Source: Candidatus Kerfeldbacteria bacterium (GTDB lineage: Bacteria > Patescibacteriota > Patescibacteriia > SBBC01). Taken from it: 64,000 nt of DNA. Where the stretch lies: positions 6,035 to 70,034 of the forward strand of contig JACQPY010000014.1 in the NCBI GenBank assembly GCA_016207275.1. Direction: 5' to 3'. Made by a program: the position numbers and the translations under genes. A model generated the notes under the pieces. It made no database searches, was not told the DNA's origin, and saw only the letters and a list, made by a program, of their open reading frames with translations. Every line of letters begins with the position of its first letter. The stretch's first letter is position 1. This document shows positions 1 to 9,477 of the stretch, piece after piece.

Positions 1-67
1 GCCAAGCTGCTGACGTGCGCTCGTTAACGACCGGAATCTCTCCTGCTGTTTCGACGCCGAGGCGTCG

Positions 68-1105
68 CTACTGATTGCCGCTGGCCCGTGCCGCCGCCCG
101 CGCGTTGCCTGAACCAACGTCCAGGCCGAGGCCGCGGGCAGCGGCCAGCAGCGACTCGGGCAGTGGGAAGAAGTGCTCTTCTGACTTGCCGCTGAGCTCC
201 TGTACCGCGGTGCCGGGAACGAGCCACTGGATCCGGCGAACGCAGGCTTGCACCAACTCCTCGGGTGTCGAGGCGGCGGCGGTGATACCGACGTCACCGT
301 CGAGCGAGTCGTCTCGTATCTCGTCGGCCATCTCGACCAGGTTCGACCGACAGCCGCGGGCCCAGGCCACTTCAGCCAGGCGGTTACCGTTACTGCTGGC
401 TCGTGAGCTAACGACCACGATCACCCGGCAACGTGCGGCCAGCCGCTTGACCGCGTCTTGGCGATTCTGCGTGGCGTAGCAGATGTCAGCCTTGGCCGGC
501 TCCCTGATGCCCGGCCAACGCTGCTTGAGCGCGGCCACCACCTCGGCCGTGTCGTCAACCGACAGCGTTGTCTGGGTGACGTAGGCCACCGGTCCGTCCG
601 GCACCTCCAGGCGGGCGACGCCCTCGACGCTGTCGACCACGCTGATGGTCGCCGGCGCTTCGCCGAACGTCCCTTGCACCTCGACGTGCTCCCGGTGACC
701 GACCAGAATGACATGGTATCCGTCACGCGCGTACCGGGCCACCTCGAGGTGGACTTTGGCCACCAGTGGACAGGTCGCATCTAACACCAGTAGACCGCGC
801 TGACGAGCCTCGGCTCTGACTGCTGGCGATACACCGTGGGCTGAGAAGACTACCAGCGAACCAGCCGGAACCTCAGACAGTTCCTCGACGAAGATCGCCC
901 CGGCGGCCGTCAGTTCATCAACCACCAACTGGTTGTGGACAATCGCGTGCCGGACATAGACCGGGCGACCGTAGACCTGAATCGCCCGGCGAACGACATC
1001 GATGGCGCGGACCACGCCGGCGCAGAATGATCGGGGGTTTGCCAGGTAGATCTTCAGCTGGCCGCCCCGGTCGGTGGACGAAGACTGTACTCCCGATACG
1101 CTCAT
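68..1105 (-). CDS. ispH: 4-hydroxy-3-methylbut-2-enyl diphosphate reductase (IspH/LytB)
   Basis: 347-aa ORF with N-terminal 'LANPRSFCAGVVRAI' and overall LytB family similarity; ATG at 1105 is 8 nt downstream of GGAGGA (track start TTG 1111). Confidence 0.85.
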   Translation of the reverse strand: MSVSGVQSSSTDRGGQLKIYLANPRSFCAGVVRAIDVVRRAIQVYGRPVYVRHAIVHNQLVVDELTAAGAIFVEELSEVPAGSLVVFSAHGVSPAVRAEARQRGLLVLDATCPLVAKVHLEVARYARDGYHVILVGHREHVEVQGTFGEAPATISVVDSVEGVARLEVPDGPVAYVTQTTLSVDDTAEVVAALKQRWPGIREPAKADICYATQNRQDAVKRLAARCRVIVVVSSRASSNGNRLAEVAWARGCRSNLVEMADEIRDDSLDGDVGITAAASTPEELVQACVRRIQWLVPGTAVQELSGKSEEHFFPLPESLLAAARGLGLDVGSGNARAAARASGNQ

Positions 1106-1270
1106 GGCCAATCCTCCGTTGGTTGGCTTCGGTTGATGTCTGCGACCGCAGCCAGGCGTCGCCGGTAAACGTTATGCGAACGAGCGAGAATCCAGATGAG
1201 TCCAAAAGCAACCGCCCAACTGATGCTGGGTCAGTTTGCCACAGACGCAAAAAAGTGGCAACCGGTGCGT

Positions 1271-2356
1271 TCAGGCTTGTCGATCGACGACGGCCATCGC
1301 TAAATCGTGAAGGAGCCGACGAGATGAAGCGGGCAACCGAACAGCGCGCAGTGCACGCCGGGCCGATTGGACATACCGTTGCTGAATCAAACGGACTCGC
1401 GACAGCACCCCGCGCGCGATTAACGTTTTTCGAAACCACACCAGTTCATTCGGACTAACCCGCCGACGGGCCAGGATTCGCTTGAGGTGCCGTCGTTCGG
1501 CAGACCGGAAACGCTCCCGCGCCAGCACCGTCAGCAACGTCACCTTGCCCTCGGCGAGGTCAGATGAGGTTGACTTCCCTACCTGTCCAGGCCGTCCAAA
1601 AACACCCAGCACGTCGTCGTCAATTTGAAAAGCAATACCGACCAGTAAGGCATAGCGAGCGACGCCGCGCTGAACCGATGGCCCGACGCCCGCGACCGTC
1701 ATACCCACCTGCAACGGCATGACCAATGAGTAGTGCGCCGTTTTCAGGGTGGCGATTGCCTCGACGGTCCGGCGACTGCCTCGACCCGTCAGTGGTGCAA
1801 TCACGTCCAGCGCTTCGCCGACAATCGTCCGATCGACCGTGTGCAATATCGTCCGCAGTACCGACCGCTGTTGATGTTCGGAAAAACGTGAACCGAGGAC
1901 GGCTTCGACGGCCAAGTCGGCGCACAGATCGCCAGCGACGACGGCAATCGAACGGCCGACTTCCCGACGCCGGTCATCGGCAATCCGCGCCCCCAATCGC
2001 GGCCACTGCCGGACGGCTTGATGAACCGTCGGCCGTCCGCGGCGGACGAGGGACCGGTCGATAATATCGTCGTGGATCAACAAGAAGTGGTGGACCAATT
2101 CGACCGCCACGCCAATCTGCATCAAGGCCGCCGGCACCGACCGCCCACTAACGAGGTATCCGAGTTCAACCAGGGCCGGGCGCAGACGCTTGGCTGGCCC
2201 GCCGACAAAATTAATAATCAATTGGCTCAAGCGTCGACCGAGCGGATGATCGCTGGCCAAACGGGACTGCTGTTGGCGCAGGTACGCCTGCAGGACGGGA
2301 TTGAACCGCCCTCGGACGTCGGCCGCAAACGTCTTGAAGTGATTCGCCTCAACCAT
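1271..2356 (-). CDS. polyprenyl diphosphate synthase (IspA/GGPP synthase family)
   Basis: two Asp-rich motifs 'LIHDDIIDRS' and 'FQIDDDVLG' typical of trans-isoprenyl diphosphate synthases; start 3 nt after gatB stop. Confidence 0.8.
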   Translation of the reverse strand: MVEANHFKTFAADVRGRFNPVLQAYLRQQQSRLASDHPLGRRLSQLIINFVGGPAKRLRPALVELGYLVSGRSVPAALMQIGVAVELVHHFLLIHDDIIDRSLVRRGRPTVHQAVRQWPRLGARIADDRRREVGRSIAVVAGDLCADLAVEAVLGSRFSEHQQRSVLRTILHTVDRTIVGEALDVIAPLTGRGSRRTVEAIATLKTAHYSLVMPLQVGMTVAGVGPSVQRGVARYALLVGIAFQIDDDVLGVFGRPGQVGKSTSSDLAEGKVTLLTVLARERFRSAERRHLKRILARRRVSPNELVWFRKTLIARGVLSRVRLIQQRYVQSARRALRAVRLPASSRRLLHDLAMAVVDRQA

Positions 2357-2359
2357 GCG

Positions 2360-3874
2360 TCATTCCGCTGGCATCGCCTGTTCTAAGGCTTGGCGTACAG
2401 CCTCGGCATCAACCCGTCCCTTGGTCTTACGCATGACCTGACCAATGAGGAACTGCAGCACGGCCGTTTTACCCCGGCGGTACTGTTTGACCTGTTCAGG
2501 GTTATCGTTGATCACCTGCGCGACGATCGGATCAAGCCAGGCTGCATCACGCAGACGCTCGAGTCCCAATTCCTGTACCAGCGCATGCGGTCCTTTCCTG
2601 GTTCTGACCATGCCCTCATATACCTGCATCGCCCCGGCCGTCGTCACGGTCCCGTGGAACACCATCCACAGCAGCCGCCCGAGATCGGCCGGAGGTACCG
2701 ACCGCCCCTGTGCCGTTCGATGTTCGACCGGAATTCGGTTCAACAACCAGTTCGCCGCCAACGAGGTAGCTTCTGGCTTTCGATCCCGCCAGAACGTTTC
2801 GCCGCCCTCACGCCCGAGCTCACCATCGGCGTAGGTACGCAGCTCCGTGACGACTTCTTCAAAGTACGCGGCCAACTCCCGATCCTCGACCAGCCGGCTA
2901 CTGAGATCAATGGGCAGGCCGTACATCTCAACGAACCGGTGACGTTTGGCTGACGGTAGTTCCGGAGTTTCTGCTCTCACCTTGCTCAAAAATTCTGGCG
3001 TAAAGTGCAGCGGAGGAATATCTGGCTCAGGGAAATACCGATAGTCGGCTGAAGTTTCTTTATCTCTTTGTTCTACCAAAGGTGAATCCGTATCCTCACG
3101 GTATCCATATGTCCTTGGGCTCGGGATTAACTCCTTTTTCAATTTTCCTGATTTGAAAGCATTCTTCCACCAATTTTCTTGAAATACCTGAGCATACCCC
3201 AAAGCTCGCTCGACTGCTCTGAATGAATTAAGGTTTTTAATCTCGCTTTTAGAGTACAGATTCTTATCGCCTTTCGGCCGTAGCGAAATATTGGCATCGC
3301 ACCGCAGTTCACCTTTTTCCATGTCGGCGTTCGACACGCCCAGGAAGCGCATGATCAAACGCAACTCCTGCAAAAACGCTTTCGCTTCCGCTGGCGTTCG
3401 AATATCTGGTTCAGTGACAATCTCGACTAACGGCGTCCCTGCCCGATTGTAGTCGATCAGCGTCTGCCCGCCAACGTGCAACAACTTACCGACGTCCTCT
3501 TCCACGTGTACGCGCGTAATTCCGATCGTTCTCGGCTGGGCATCAACCTGGACGGTGAGTGCTCCGCGGACGCCGATCGGTTCATCGTACTGCGAAATTT
3601 GGTACCCTTTTGGCAAATCCGGGTAGGTGTAGTGCTTGCGATCGAACTTGGTATGCTCGGGTATGGTGCAGCCCAACGCCTGAGCCGCCATCACGGCCCA
3701 GCGAATGGCTTGTTTGTTTGGTAACGGCAAGGTGCCGGGGTGACCGGTGCAAATCGGGCAAATCAGGGTGTTGGGTGCCGCACCCTCGCTCATATTGTTG
3801 CAGCGGCAGAACATCTTCGACTTGGTCTTAAGCTGGATGTGAATCTCCAGGCCGATGACCGCTTCCAGGTTCAT
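2360..3874 (-). CDS. gatB: Asp-tRNA(Asn)/Glu-tRNA(Gln) amidotransferase subunit B
   Basis: 504 aa, N-terminus 'MNLEAVIGLEIHIQLKT...FCRC' is the canonical GatB start; full-length similarity. Confidence 0.9.
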   Translation of the reverse strand: MNLEAVIGLEIHIQLKTKSKMFCRCNNMSEGAAPNTLICPICTGHPGTLPLPNKQAIRWAVMAAQALGCTIPEHTKFDRKHYTYPDLPKGYQISQYDEPIGVRGALTVQVDAQPRTIGITRVHVEEDVGKLLHVGGQTLIDYNRAGTPLVEIVTEPDIRTPAEAKAFLQELRLIMRFLGVSNADMEKGELRCDANISLRPKGDKNLYSKSEIKNLNSFRAVERALGYAQVFQENWWKNAFKSGKLKKELIPSPRTYGYREDTDSPLVEQRDKETSADYRYFPEPDIPPLHFTPEFLSKVRAETPELPSAKRHRFVEMYGLPIDLSSRLVEDRELAAYFEEVVTELRTYADGELGREGGETFWRDRKPEATSLAANWLLNRIPVEHRTAQGRSVPPADLGRLLWMVFHGTVTTAGAMQVYEGMVRTRKGPHALVQELGLERLRDAAWLDPIVAQVINDNPEQVKQYRRGKTAVLQFLIGQVMRKTKGRVDAEAVRQALEQAMPAE

Positions 3875-3952
3875 CCCGTTAGAAAGTCAGTTGATGAGGC
3901 ATTCATAAATGTATTTCGATGGTGCTGTATGATTTGCGGTCTTTCTAACGGG
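3875..3952. repeat. CCCGTTAGA-family inverted-repeat element, copy 1a
   Basis: arms cccgttagaaag (3875-3886) / ctttctaacggg (3941-3952) around a 54-nt AT-rich core; left arm abuts gatB start codon. Confidence 0.8.
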
Positions 3953-3957
3953 ACCAT

Positions 3958-4033
3958 CCCGTTAGAAAGTTAACGTGTAAAACACTAAGGATATTAATAG
4001 TTGCCACCGCCGAAAGACAAGTTTTCTAACGGG
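3958..4033. repeat. CCCGTTAGA-family inverted-repeat element, copy 1b (tandem with 1a)
   Basis: arms cccgttagaaag (3958-3969) / tttctaacggg (4023-4033); 5-nt spacer 'accat' from copy 1a. Confidence 0.8.
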
Positions 4034-4133
4034 ATCCATACCCTGTCATTCTACCAGCCAATCGAGGTAACGAAAAGCGCCGCACCCATCAGTATCTTGG
4101 GCGCGGCGCATCGAGCTTCACCTCAAGCAAACA

Positions 4134-4259
4134 TCACGGCTGACGCCGAGCACATAGCGCCGCCGCCCCGATCAGCACGACCAGGCTGATCGTCAGGATG
4201 AGCAGCAGCCGGTTCATCCACGGCGGCCCGCCGCTGTCGTGGTCATGACCGGTGCTCAT
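4134..4259 (-). CDS. small membrane peptide (41 aa), hypothetical
   Basis: ATG preceded by strong SD 'GGAGGTGA' 6 nt upstream overlapping tdk stop; product 'MSTGHDHDSGGPPWMNRLLLILTISLVVLIGAAALCARRQP' has one TM helix; below 60-aa cutoff of the ORF track. Confidence 0.45.
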   Translation of the reverse strand: MSTGHDHDSGGPPWMNRLLLILTISLVVLIGAAALCARRQP

Positions 4260-4272
4260 CGAGCTCACCTCC

Positions 4273-4935
4273 TCACTTCGGCGATTCGCCCCAGTACGTC
4301 TCGCGGTCGGGAATCCCGATCAAGCCGCGCTCGAGCGCTTCGTACGAACCAGGCGTCAACTGGAACCAGTGCTCCGTGCAGAGCGGCCGATACTGGGCAT
4401 CGCCGACTTCGAAGGTCGGTTCCGTCGAGTCAAGGATGTTAATCGGCGTACTGTCCCGAAGCTTCTGGTTCAGCATCGCCGTCGGCGTCCGCGAAGCGCA
4501 TGGTTCGCAGTAGGCCTTGTGCTTGTAGACCTTGAAGCCCGGAAGGATGGCGACGGCGGCCGTCGTTGCGAACGCCCGGTTCTTCCAGGTCGTGTCAAGG
4601 CCACCGTATACGATGTGGACACCGTGCTCGACGCGCAGACGATACAGGACGGCTGCAAGGCTCGGAGGGAACATGTGTCCCTCATCGATCCCGCAGAATG
4701 TAGCCTCGCGGGCAGCCTCGTACACCTCCTCTGCCGTCGAGACGATGGTCGGCGGAAAGAGGAGCTCGATACCGCTGCGGCTCCGAACCGTCCCCAACGG
4801 ATCGCGTGTATCGCGCGACGGTTTGATGAAGACCGTTCTTCCCCCGCCCGCAAGGTGATGCTTGTTCGCAAGAAGGATCACGAGATCAGACTTTCCTCCT
4901 CGCATCGGAGCGACATTAACTTCACCAAGAGGCAT
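4273..4935 (-). CDS. tdk: thymidine kinase
   Basis: P-loop 'APMRGGKSDLVIL', 'FIKPSRDTRD' and C-terminal Cys pairs ('YCEPC', 'LCTEHW') typical of Tdk; start at MPLGEV with GGGAGG SD (track ORF extends to 4992 without RBS). Confidence 0.8.
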   Translation of the reverse strand: MPLGEVNVAPMRGGKSDLVILLANKHHLAGGGRTVFIKPSRDTRDPLGTVRSRSGIELLFPPTIVSTAEEVYEAAREATFCGIDEGHMFPPSLAAVLYRLRVEHGVHIVYGGLDTTWKNRAFATTAAVAILPGFKVYKHKAYCEPCASRTPTAMLNQKLRDSTPINILDSTEPTFEVGDAQYRPLCTEHWFQLTPGSYEALERGLIGIPDRETYWGESPK

Positions 4936-5042
4936 GACCAGTTCCTCCCTCGACATATAGCGCACTGTCAAATGGCAGGTGGATGCTCTCACCCCCCGTT
5001 AGTATCCGCTCGGAGCTTACGCCAAAGCTGGCTGGCGGTCAA

Positions 5043-5122
5043 CCCCGTTAGAGAGTTATTATATTCCGGTATGATGTCAGATCTTTTACCGAGTACTTTA
5101 TATCAGCTGCTCTCTAACGGGG
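5043..5122. repeat. CCCGTTAGA-family inverted-repeat element, copy 2
   Basis: arms ccccgttagagag / ctctctaacgggg; AT-rich core; flanked by direct repeat gtcaac; a partial arm 'ccccgttagtat' lies at 4995-5006. Confidence 0.8.
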
Positions 5123-5138
5123 TCAACCTGCTGCATAG

Positions 5139-5215
5139 CCGCATAGCGCGGGTTTTATCTCCCCTCCTGCCCGAGGAGGGAGTTGGGGGAGGAGGGAGAA
5201 ACCCGCGCTATGCGG
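5139..5215 (-). terminator. long hairpin downstream of folA (17-bp perfect inverted repeat enclosing a CCTCCCCTG...GGAGG inner hairpin)
   Basis: ccgcatagcgcgggttt (5139-5155) / aaacccgcgctatgcgg (5199-5215); sits immediately 3' of folA stop; no clear U-tract so function as terminator is inferred. Confidence 0.4.
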
Positions 5216-5224
5216 AATTATCGC

Positions 5225-5752
5225 TCAAGCCTTTTCGTACGTCACAAACTGGTACTTGACGCCGCCTTCCTCGTGTGAGTCCGAACGGCTGGTCTCGTGA
5301 AACGCCGGGGGAATGCCCGGAAAAAACGTGTCGCACTGGAACGTCTGCTGAATCTCAGTCAGGTAGAGCTTCGTGCAGGCCGGATGCACGATGGCTTGGG
5401 CATAGACTGACGCCCCGCCGATAACAAAGATGTCGCCGCTGCCGTACTGCTCGGCTAGCTGTAGTGCCTCATCAAGACTTTTGGCGACCAAAACGTTCGG
5501 GGCTGGAACAAAGCCAGCAGGATCGCGGGTCAGGACGATGTTCAAGCGCTGCGGCAGCGGCCGAAACTTGGCGGGCAGCGAATCCCAAGTCGTGCGACCC
5601 ATAATCACGGAATTGACGCGGCCGGCGTCAAACTGACCGACGGTGAGCTTCCGAAAGTGGTCCAAGTCGCCTTTCAGGTTCCAGGGCAGCTTATTCGCAA
5701 TGCCAATCCCGCGCTTGGCGTCAACGGCGGCGATGATGGAAAATGATTTCAC
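5225..5752 (-). CDS. folA: dihydrofolate reductase
   Basis: 175 aa; 'IAAVDAKRGIGIANKLPW', 'IMGRTTWDSLP', 'VIGGASVY' DHFR motifs. Confidence 0.85.
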   Translation of the reverse strand: MKSFSIIAAVDAKRGIGIANKLPWNLKGDLDHFRKLTVGQFDAGRVNSVIMGRTTWDSLPAKFRPLPQRLNIVLTRDPAGFVPAPNVLVAKSLDEALQLAEQYGSGDIFVIGGASVYAQAIVHPACTKLYLTEIQQTFQCDTFFPGIPPAFHETSRSDSHEEGGVKYQFVTYEKA

Positions 5753-5872
5753 GAAAAGAATTACCTTAATTTTTTGTTCGAGCGGAGCGAAGCGAAGTCG
5801 AGAACCAACCGGACAATTAGACGGCTTCTCGACTCCCCCGCCCAGACGGGGTCGCTCGAAGAGAAAATCCCC

Positions 5873-6796
5873 TTACACGGCAATCTGAAACTTAATGGCC
5901 GGATGACTTTGGTAGTTCTCCAGTTTGAAGTCCTCGTACTGCAGTTCATCAATTGGCTTCTTGGCAATCGTCAGCTTTGGCAAAGGATACGGTTTTCGCG
6001 TCAACTGCTCTTTCAAACCTTCAACGTGGTTCTTATAAATGTGTACGTCGCCGAACGTATGGATGAAGTAGCGAGGCTTCAACGCGCACTCCTGGGCAAT
6101 CATACTCAGCAGCGCGGCGTAACTGGCAATGTTATACGGTACGCCCAGCGCCGTATCGGCGCTGCGTTGGTAGAGCTGCAGATCGAGCCACCGAGCCGAA
6201 ACGTAGAACTGAAAAACCGTGTGGCACGACGGCGGGGCGCGATGGTGGTGGCGAATCAGTTCCTGAATCTCGCCGACGTTCCAGCCGGAGACGATAATCC
6301 GGCGTGAGGTCGGATCATGCTTAATCAAGTCGATGACGCCGTTAATTTGATCGATCTCCTCGCCGGACGACGATAGCCAGCGGCGCCATTGCTTGCCGTA
6401 AATCGGACCGAGTTCGCCGTACTGCTTGGCAAACTCGTCGTCGGTTTTGACGCGTTCCACGAACTTCACCATTTCTTCTTTCCACGCGTCGGAGTATCGC
6501 GGCAATTTCTCAACCAGTTTGTTCTGTTCCAAGTAAATCTGGTAGGCCCACTCGTTCCAGATTTTGACGTCGTGCTGGACTAAGTATTGAATGTTGGTGT
6601 CGCCGCGCAAGAACCACAGCAGCTCGACAATCACGTTCTTGAAGCTGACTTTCTTGGTCGTCACGATGGGAAAACCCTGGCGCAAGTCGTAGCGCGTTTG
6701 GTAACCGAACACCGAGACGGTCCCGATGCCGGTCCGGTCATCACGACTCTCGCCGTGCTCGAGAATGTGGCGAACCAGGTCGAGGTACTGCTGCAT
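5873..6796 (-). CDS. thyA: thymidylate synthase
   Basis: 307 aa; '[15 protein letters not shown]', 'DRTGIGT', active-site region '[11 protein letters not shown]' typical ThyA. Confidence 0.9.
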   Translation of the reverse strand: MQQYLDLVRHILEHGESRDDRTGIGTVSVFGYQTRYDLRQGFPIVTTKKVSFKNVIVELLWFLRGDTNIQYLVQHDVKIWNEWAYQIYLEQNKLVEKLPRYSDAWKEEMVKFVERVKTDDEFAKQYGELGPIYGKQWRRWLSSSGEEIDQINGVIDLIKHDPTSRRIIVSGWNVGEIQELIRHHHRAPPSCHTVFQFYVSARWLDLQLYQRSADTALGVPYNIASYAALLSMIAQECALKPRYFIHTFGDVHIYKNHVEGLKEQLTRKPYPLPKLTIAKKPIDELQYEDFKLENYQSHPAIKFQIAV

Positions 6797-6808
6797 GGTT
6801 TCACTATA

Positions 6809-7483
6809 TCACACGACACCTCGCAGCGCCCGACGCACACGTTCGTGAATTTCGCGTTTCGACAACAACCGTCCTTCTACAATACACTCCACCACGCGTA
6901 TCTCTCGGTTCAACCGTGCCAACTCACGGTACGTTTCTAAGACTTTTCCCTGATAGCGAATGTCCTGTTCATGCGCGTCGCGCTTGTTCCGTTTCAGATA
7001 CTGCCGGCGGTGTTTCTGCAAAATCAGCTTCTGCGCAATCTTCGGCGGAACCGCCAGCACCACGGTCCGATCAGGTTTTGGAATGTTGAACAGCCCGAAC
7101 TCAAGCTGTTTATCCCAGCGCCAATACTTCCGACGCGCTGCACGGGAGAGCAACGCTCCGCCGTATGCCCAGTTCGAGGCTAAGTAACGGTCGGCGATGA
7201 CGATATTCTCCTGATTCAGCCATGAGAGGATTTTCATCCGAGCGGCTGCCCGATCCACCGCATAAAAAATTGCTGCTCGGTACGTTCCGACCTGCTGTGG
7301 CGTTCCATACACGCCGTTCAAGTACGCCTCGACTGCGCCGGCCGACTTCTGGCCGTACTGCGGAAAGGCAATCGTCCGGACTTTTTTACCTCGTCGCCGC
7401 AGCGTCGCGGCCAGCAATCGAGTCTGGGTGGCCTTGCCCGAGCCGTCGGTGCCTTCGATGACGATGAATTTTCCTTTTTTCAT
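6809..7483 (-). CDS. tmk: thymidylate (dTMP) kinase
   Basis: 'FIVIEGTDGSGKATQ' P-loop and Tmk-like overall pattern. Confidence 0.85.
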   Translation of the reverse strand: MKKGKFIVIEGTDGSGKATQTRLLAATLRRRGKKVRTIAFPQYGQKSAGAVEAYLNGVYGTPQQVGTYRAAIFYAVDRAAARMKILSWLNQENIVIADRYLASNWAYGGALLSRAARRKYWRWDKQLEFGLFNIPKPDRTVVLAVPPKIAQKLILQKHRRQYLKRNKRDAHEQDIRYQGKVLETYRELARLNREIRVVECIVEGRLLSKREIHERVRRALRGVV

Positions 7484-8050
7484 TTAATGCCCCGACGGTA
7501 TTTCTTGCATGACTGCATCGATCTTTTTGTACAGCTCTTTCGTACTACCAACATTGTCAATCTGAAAATCAGCCAACCGCCCGATCCTGGGTATCTCGCG
7601 TTCGTGCGGCAATGTTTCAATCCGACGGAATTCGGACAAGCTGACGCGGTCATCAATGCGTTCATTGCGTCCGAACGCCCGCCGCCACCGATACTCCGCC
7701 GGTGCGGTCACGTACAATAACCGAAAATTCTTCATCCGGCGCAGCAGGCGAAGTTCGCCAAACTTCCGAACTCCGTCAACCACGATCACCCGTGCCCGCT
7801 GGTGCTGCCGAACTTGTTTCAAAACAGCCCGGGCCACCACGTCGAGCCCAAAAGTGTTGCGCAGTGCTTCGGCCAGTCGGCCTTGAACTCGATGGTCGCG
7901 CCAATTCAGATCAAGCAATTCAAGGATGACATTAAGCACATCTTCCGAAAAAACGATGAACGGATACCCGTACTTTCGTGCGATGTATCGACCGACCACG
8001 GCCTTTCCGCTGCTCTTCTCGCCGACAATGCCGAGAATCAGCGGGCGCAT
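7484..8050 (-). CDS. P-loop nucleotide kinase, possibly dNMP-kinase-like
   Basis: N-terminal 'LILGIVGEKSSGKAV' resembles the G-x-K-x-SGK loop of phage T4 gp1-type dNMP kinases; embedded between tmk and dcd; function inferred. Confidence 0.35.
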   Translation of the reverse strand: MRPLILGIVGEKSSGKAVVGRYIARKYGYPFIVFSEDVLNVILELLDLNWRDHRVQGRLAEALRNTFGLDVVARAVLKQVRQHQRARVIVVDGVRKFGELRLLRRMKNFRLLYVTAPAEYRWRRAFGRNERIDDRVSLSEFRRIETLPHEREIPRIGRLADFQIDNVGSTKELYKKIDAVMQEIPSGH

Positions 8051-8622
8051 CAGCGGTGATTATTTTTGAAATACTCGTCAATCCGCGAGGCTTGCGGTTC
8101 GGACGAACCGTAGTACTTGTTGGACTTTTGCGAGCCGTACGGCCGTTCGACCGGCGAGCTCATCGGAATGTACGACATCTGGGCGATCGGCATTTTGAAG
8201 TACAGCTTGATCGGCAGCGGGCTGACGTTGTGCAGCTCGAGCGTCGGGTGGAGCGAGTTGCCGGGATCGATGTAGCCGGCAGTGGCGTGGATGAGCAAGC
8301 CGATCCGGCCGAGGCTGCTCTTACCCTCTAACCGGCCGGCAATGTCCGAACCGAAACCGGTCCGCTCGATGGTGATCCCCAGCGCGAATTCGCCGGGGTG
8401 AATGATAAACGGTTCGTCTTCGGCAATCTCAATTCTCCGCATCAGCGTTCCAATCGGCTTCTTAATATCGATCTCAGTAAACTTGCCCGTGTCGAAGACT
8501 AAAAAAACTTTGCCCAAGTGTAGGTCAATCGAGGCTGGCTGAATCGCGTTCGGAAACAACGGGTCAACAACGATCCGGCCGGAATCAATCGCCTTTTTAA
8601 TGTCACGGTCAGAAAGAATCAT
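8050..8622 (-). CDS. dcd: dCTP deaminase (dUTPase superfamily)
   Basis: 'MILSDRDIKKAI..G.IVVDP...IQPASIDLHLG' canonical Dcd N-terminus. Confidence 0.85.
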   Translation of the reverse strand: MILSDRDIKKAIDSGRIVVDPLFPNAIQPASIDLHLGKVFLVFDTGKFTEIDIKKPIGTLMRRIEIAEDEPFIIHPGEFALGITIERTGFGSDIAGRLEGKSSLGRIGLLIHATAGYIDPGNSLHPTLELHNVSPLPIKLYFKMPIAQMSYIPMSSPVERPYGSQKSNKYYGSSEPQASRIDEYFKNNHR

Positions 8623-8700
8623 TCCGTTAGAAAGTTAGTTGGTGAAGCACTGATAAATATATAGTACTGGTGATGCATAATTTGCGGTCTTTCTAACGGG
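8623..8700. repeat. CCCGTTAGA-family inverted-repeat element, copy 3
   Basis: arms tccgttagaaag / ctttctaacggg; core homologous to copy 1a (…gataaat.tat…tgat..at.atttgcggt); flanked by direct repeat atcat; abuts dcd start codon. Confidence 0.8.
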
Positions 8701-8723
8701 ATCATCGCTGGTTTTTCCCCAAC

Positions 8724-9410
8724 TTACGTGGCGGAAAGGTTAATTTTCACCGCCGGCCCCATACTCGAAGTTAAGGTTGCGCTCGCGAGGTAGGTGCCTT
8801 TAGCTTCCGCTGGCTTCGCTCGCTTAATGGCATCTAAAAAGGCGGTCACGTTCTCCGCCAGCGGCTGGCTGTCAAACGACACCCGGCCGACCACCTGGTG
8901 AATGTTGCCGGTGTCGTCGCTCCGAAAAGCCACCTTGCCTTGGCGCAGAACCTTGACCACGGTCGCCGGATTCGGATTGACCGTTTCGTTTTTGGGGTTA
9001 GGCATCAGCCCCCGCGTCCCGAGGGTTTTCGCGATCGGTGCCAGCTTCTTCATCATCTCCGGCGGGGCCACGGCGATATCAAAATCGGTCACCCCCTTTT
9101 CTTTTATCTGCTTGATCAACTCTTCCCCGCCGACGACGTCGGCGCCGGCCGCCGTTGCTTCGTCAGCCGCTTGGCCGGTGGCAAAGACCGCAATCCGCAG
9201 CTGCTGACCAGTGCCGTGCGGCAGCTGAACGGTGCCGCGGACCGCTTGCTCAGCCTTCTTCGGGTCAATACCAAGATGAACATGCAATTCGACGGAGGCG
9301 TCGAACTTGACATTCGAGGTTTTCTTTACGAGTTGGACGGCCTCCGCCAGGGTGTAGAACTTTGAGCGATCAACCTGCTGGCTGACACTCCGAAATCGTT
9401 TGCTGCGCAT
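8724..9410 (-). CDS. rplA: 50S ribosomal protein L1
   Basis: 228 aa with L1 family similarity throughout. Confidence 0.9.
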   Translation of the reverse strand: MRSKRFRSVSQQVDRSKFYTLAEAVQLVKKTSNVKFDASVELHVHLGIDPKKAEQAVRGTVQLPHGTGQQLRIAVFATGQAADEATAAGADVVGGEELIKQIKEKGVTDFDIAVAPPEMMKKLAPIAKTLGTRGLMPNPKNETVNPNPATVVKVLRQGKVAFRSDDTGNIHQVVGRVSFDSQPLAENVTAFLDAIKRAKPAEAKGTYLASATLTSSMGPAVKINLSAT

Positions 9411-9477
9411 CGTTTATTCCTTTCGTGGTACGAACCCCCGCCTACGCCAAGGCTTCGGCGGGGTCCCACAAAATAAA

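Noticed and set aside
3875-4033. CRISPR array (repeated CCCGTTAGAAAG units)
   Set aside because: The units occur as inverted pairs bounding AT-rich cores and are scattered singly across the window. There is no regular direct-repeat/spacer periodicity and no cas genes.
4252-5259. 335-aa plus-strand ORF covering tdk antisense, repeat copy 2 and the folA terminator hairpin
   Set aside because: It runs through two structured repeat elements and is antisense to tdk. It is an artefact of GC-rich sequence lacking stops.
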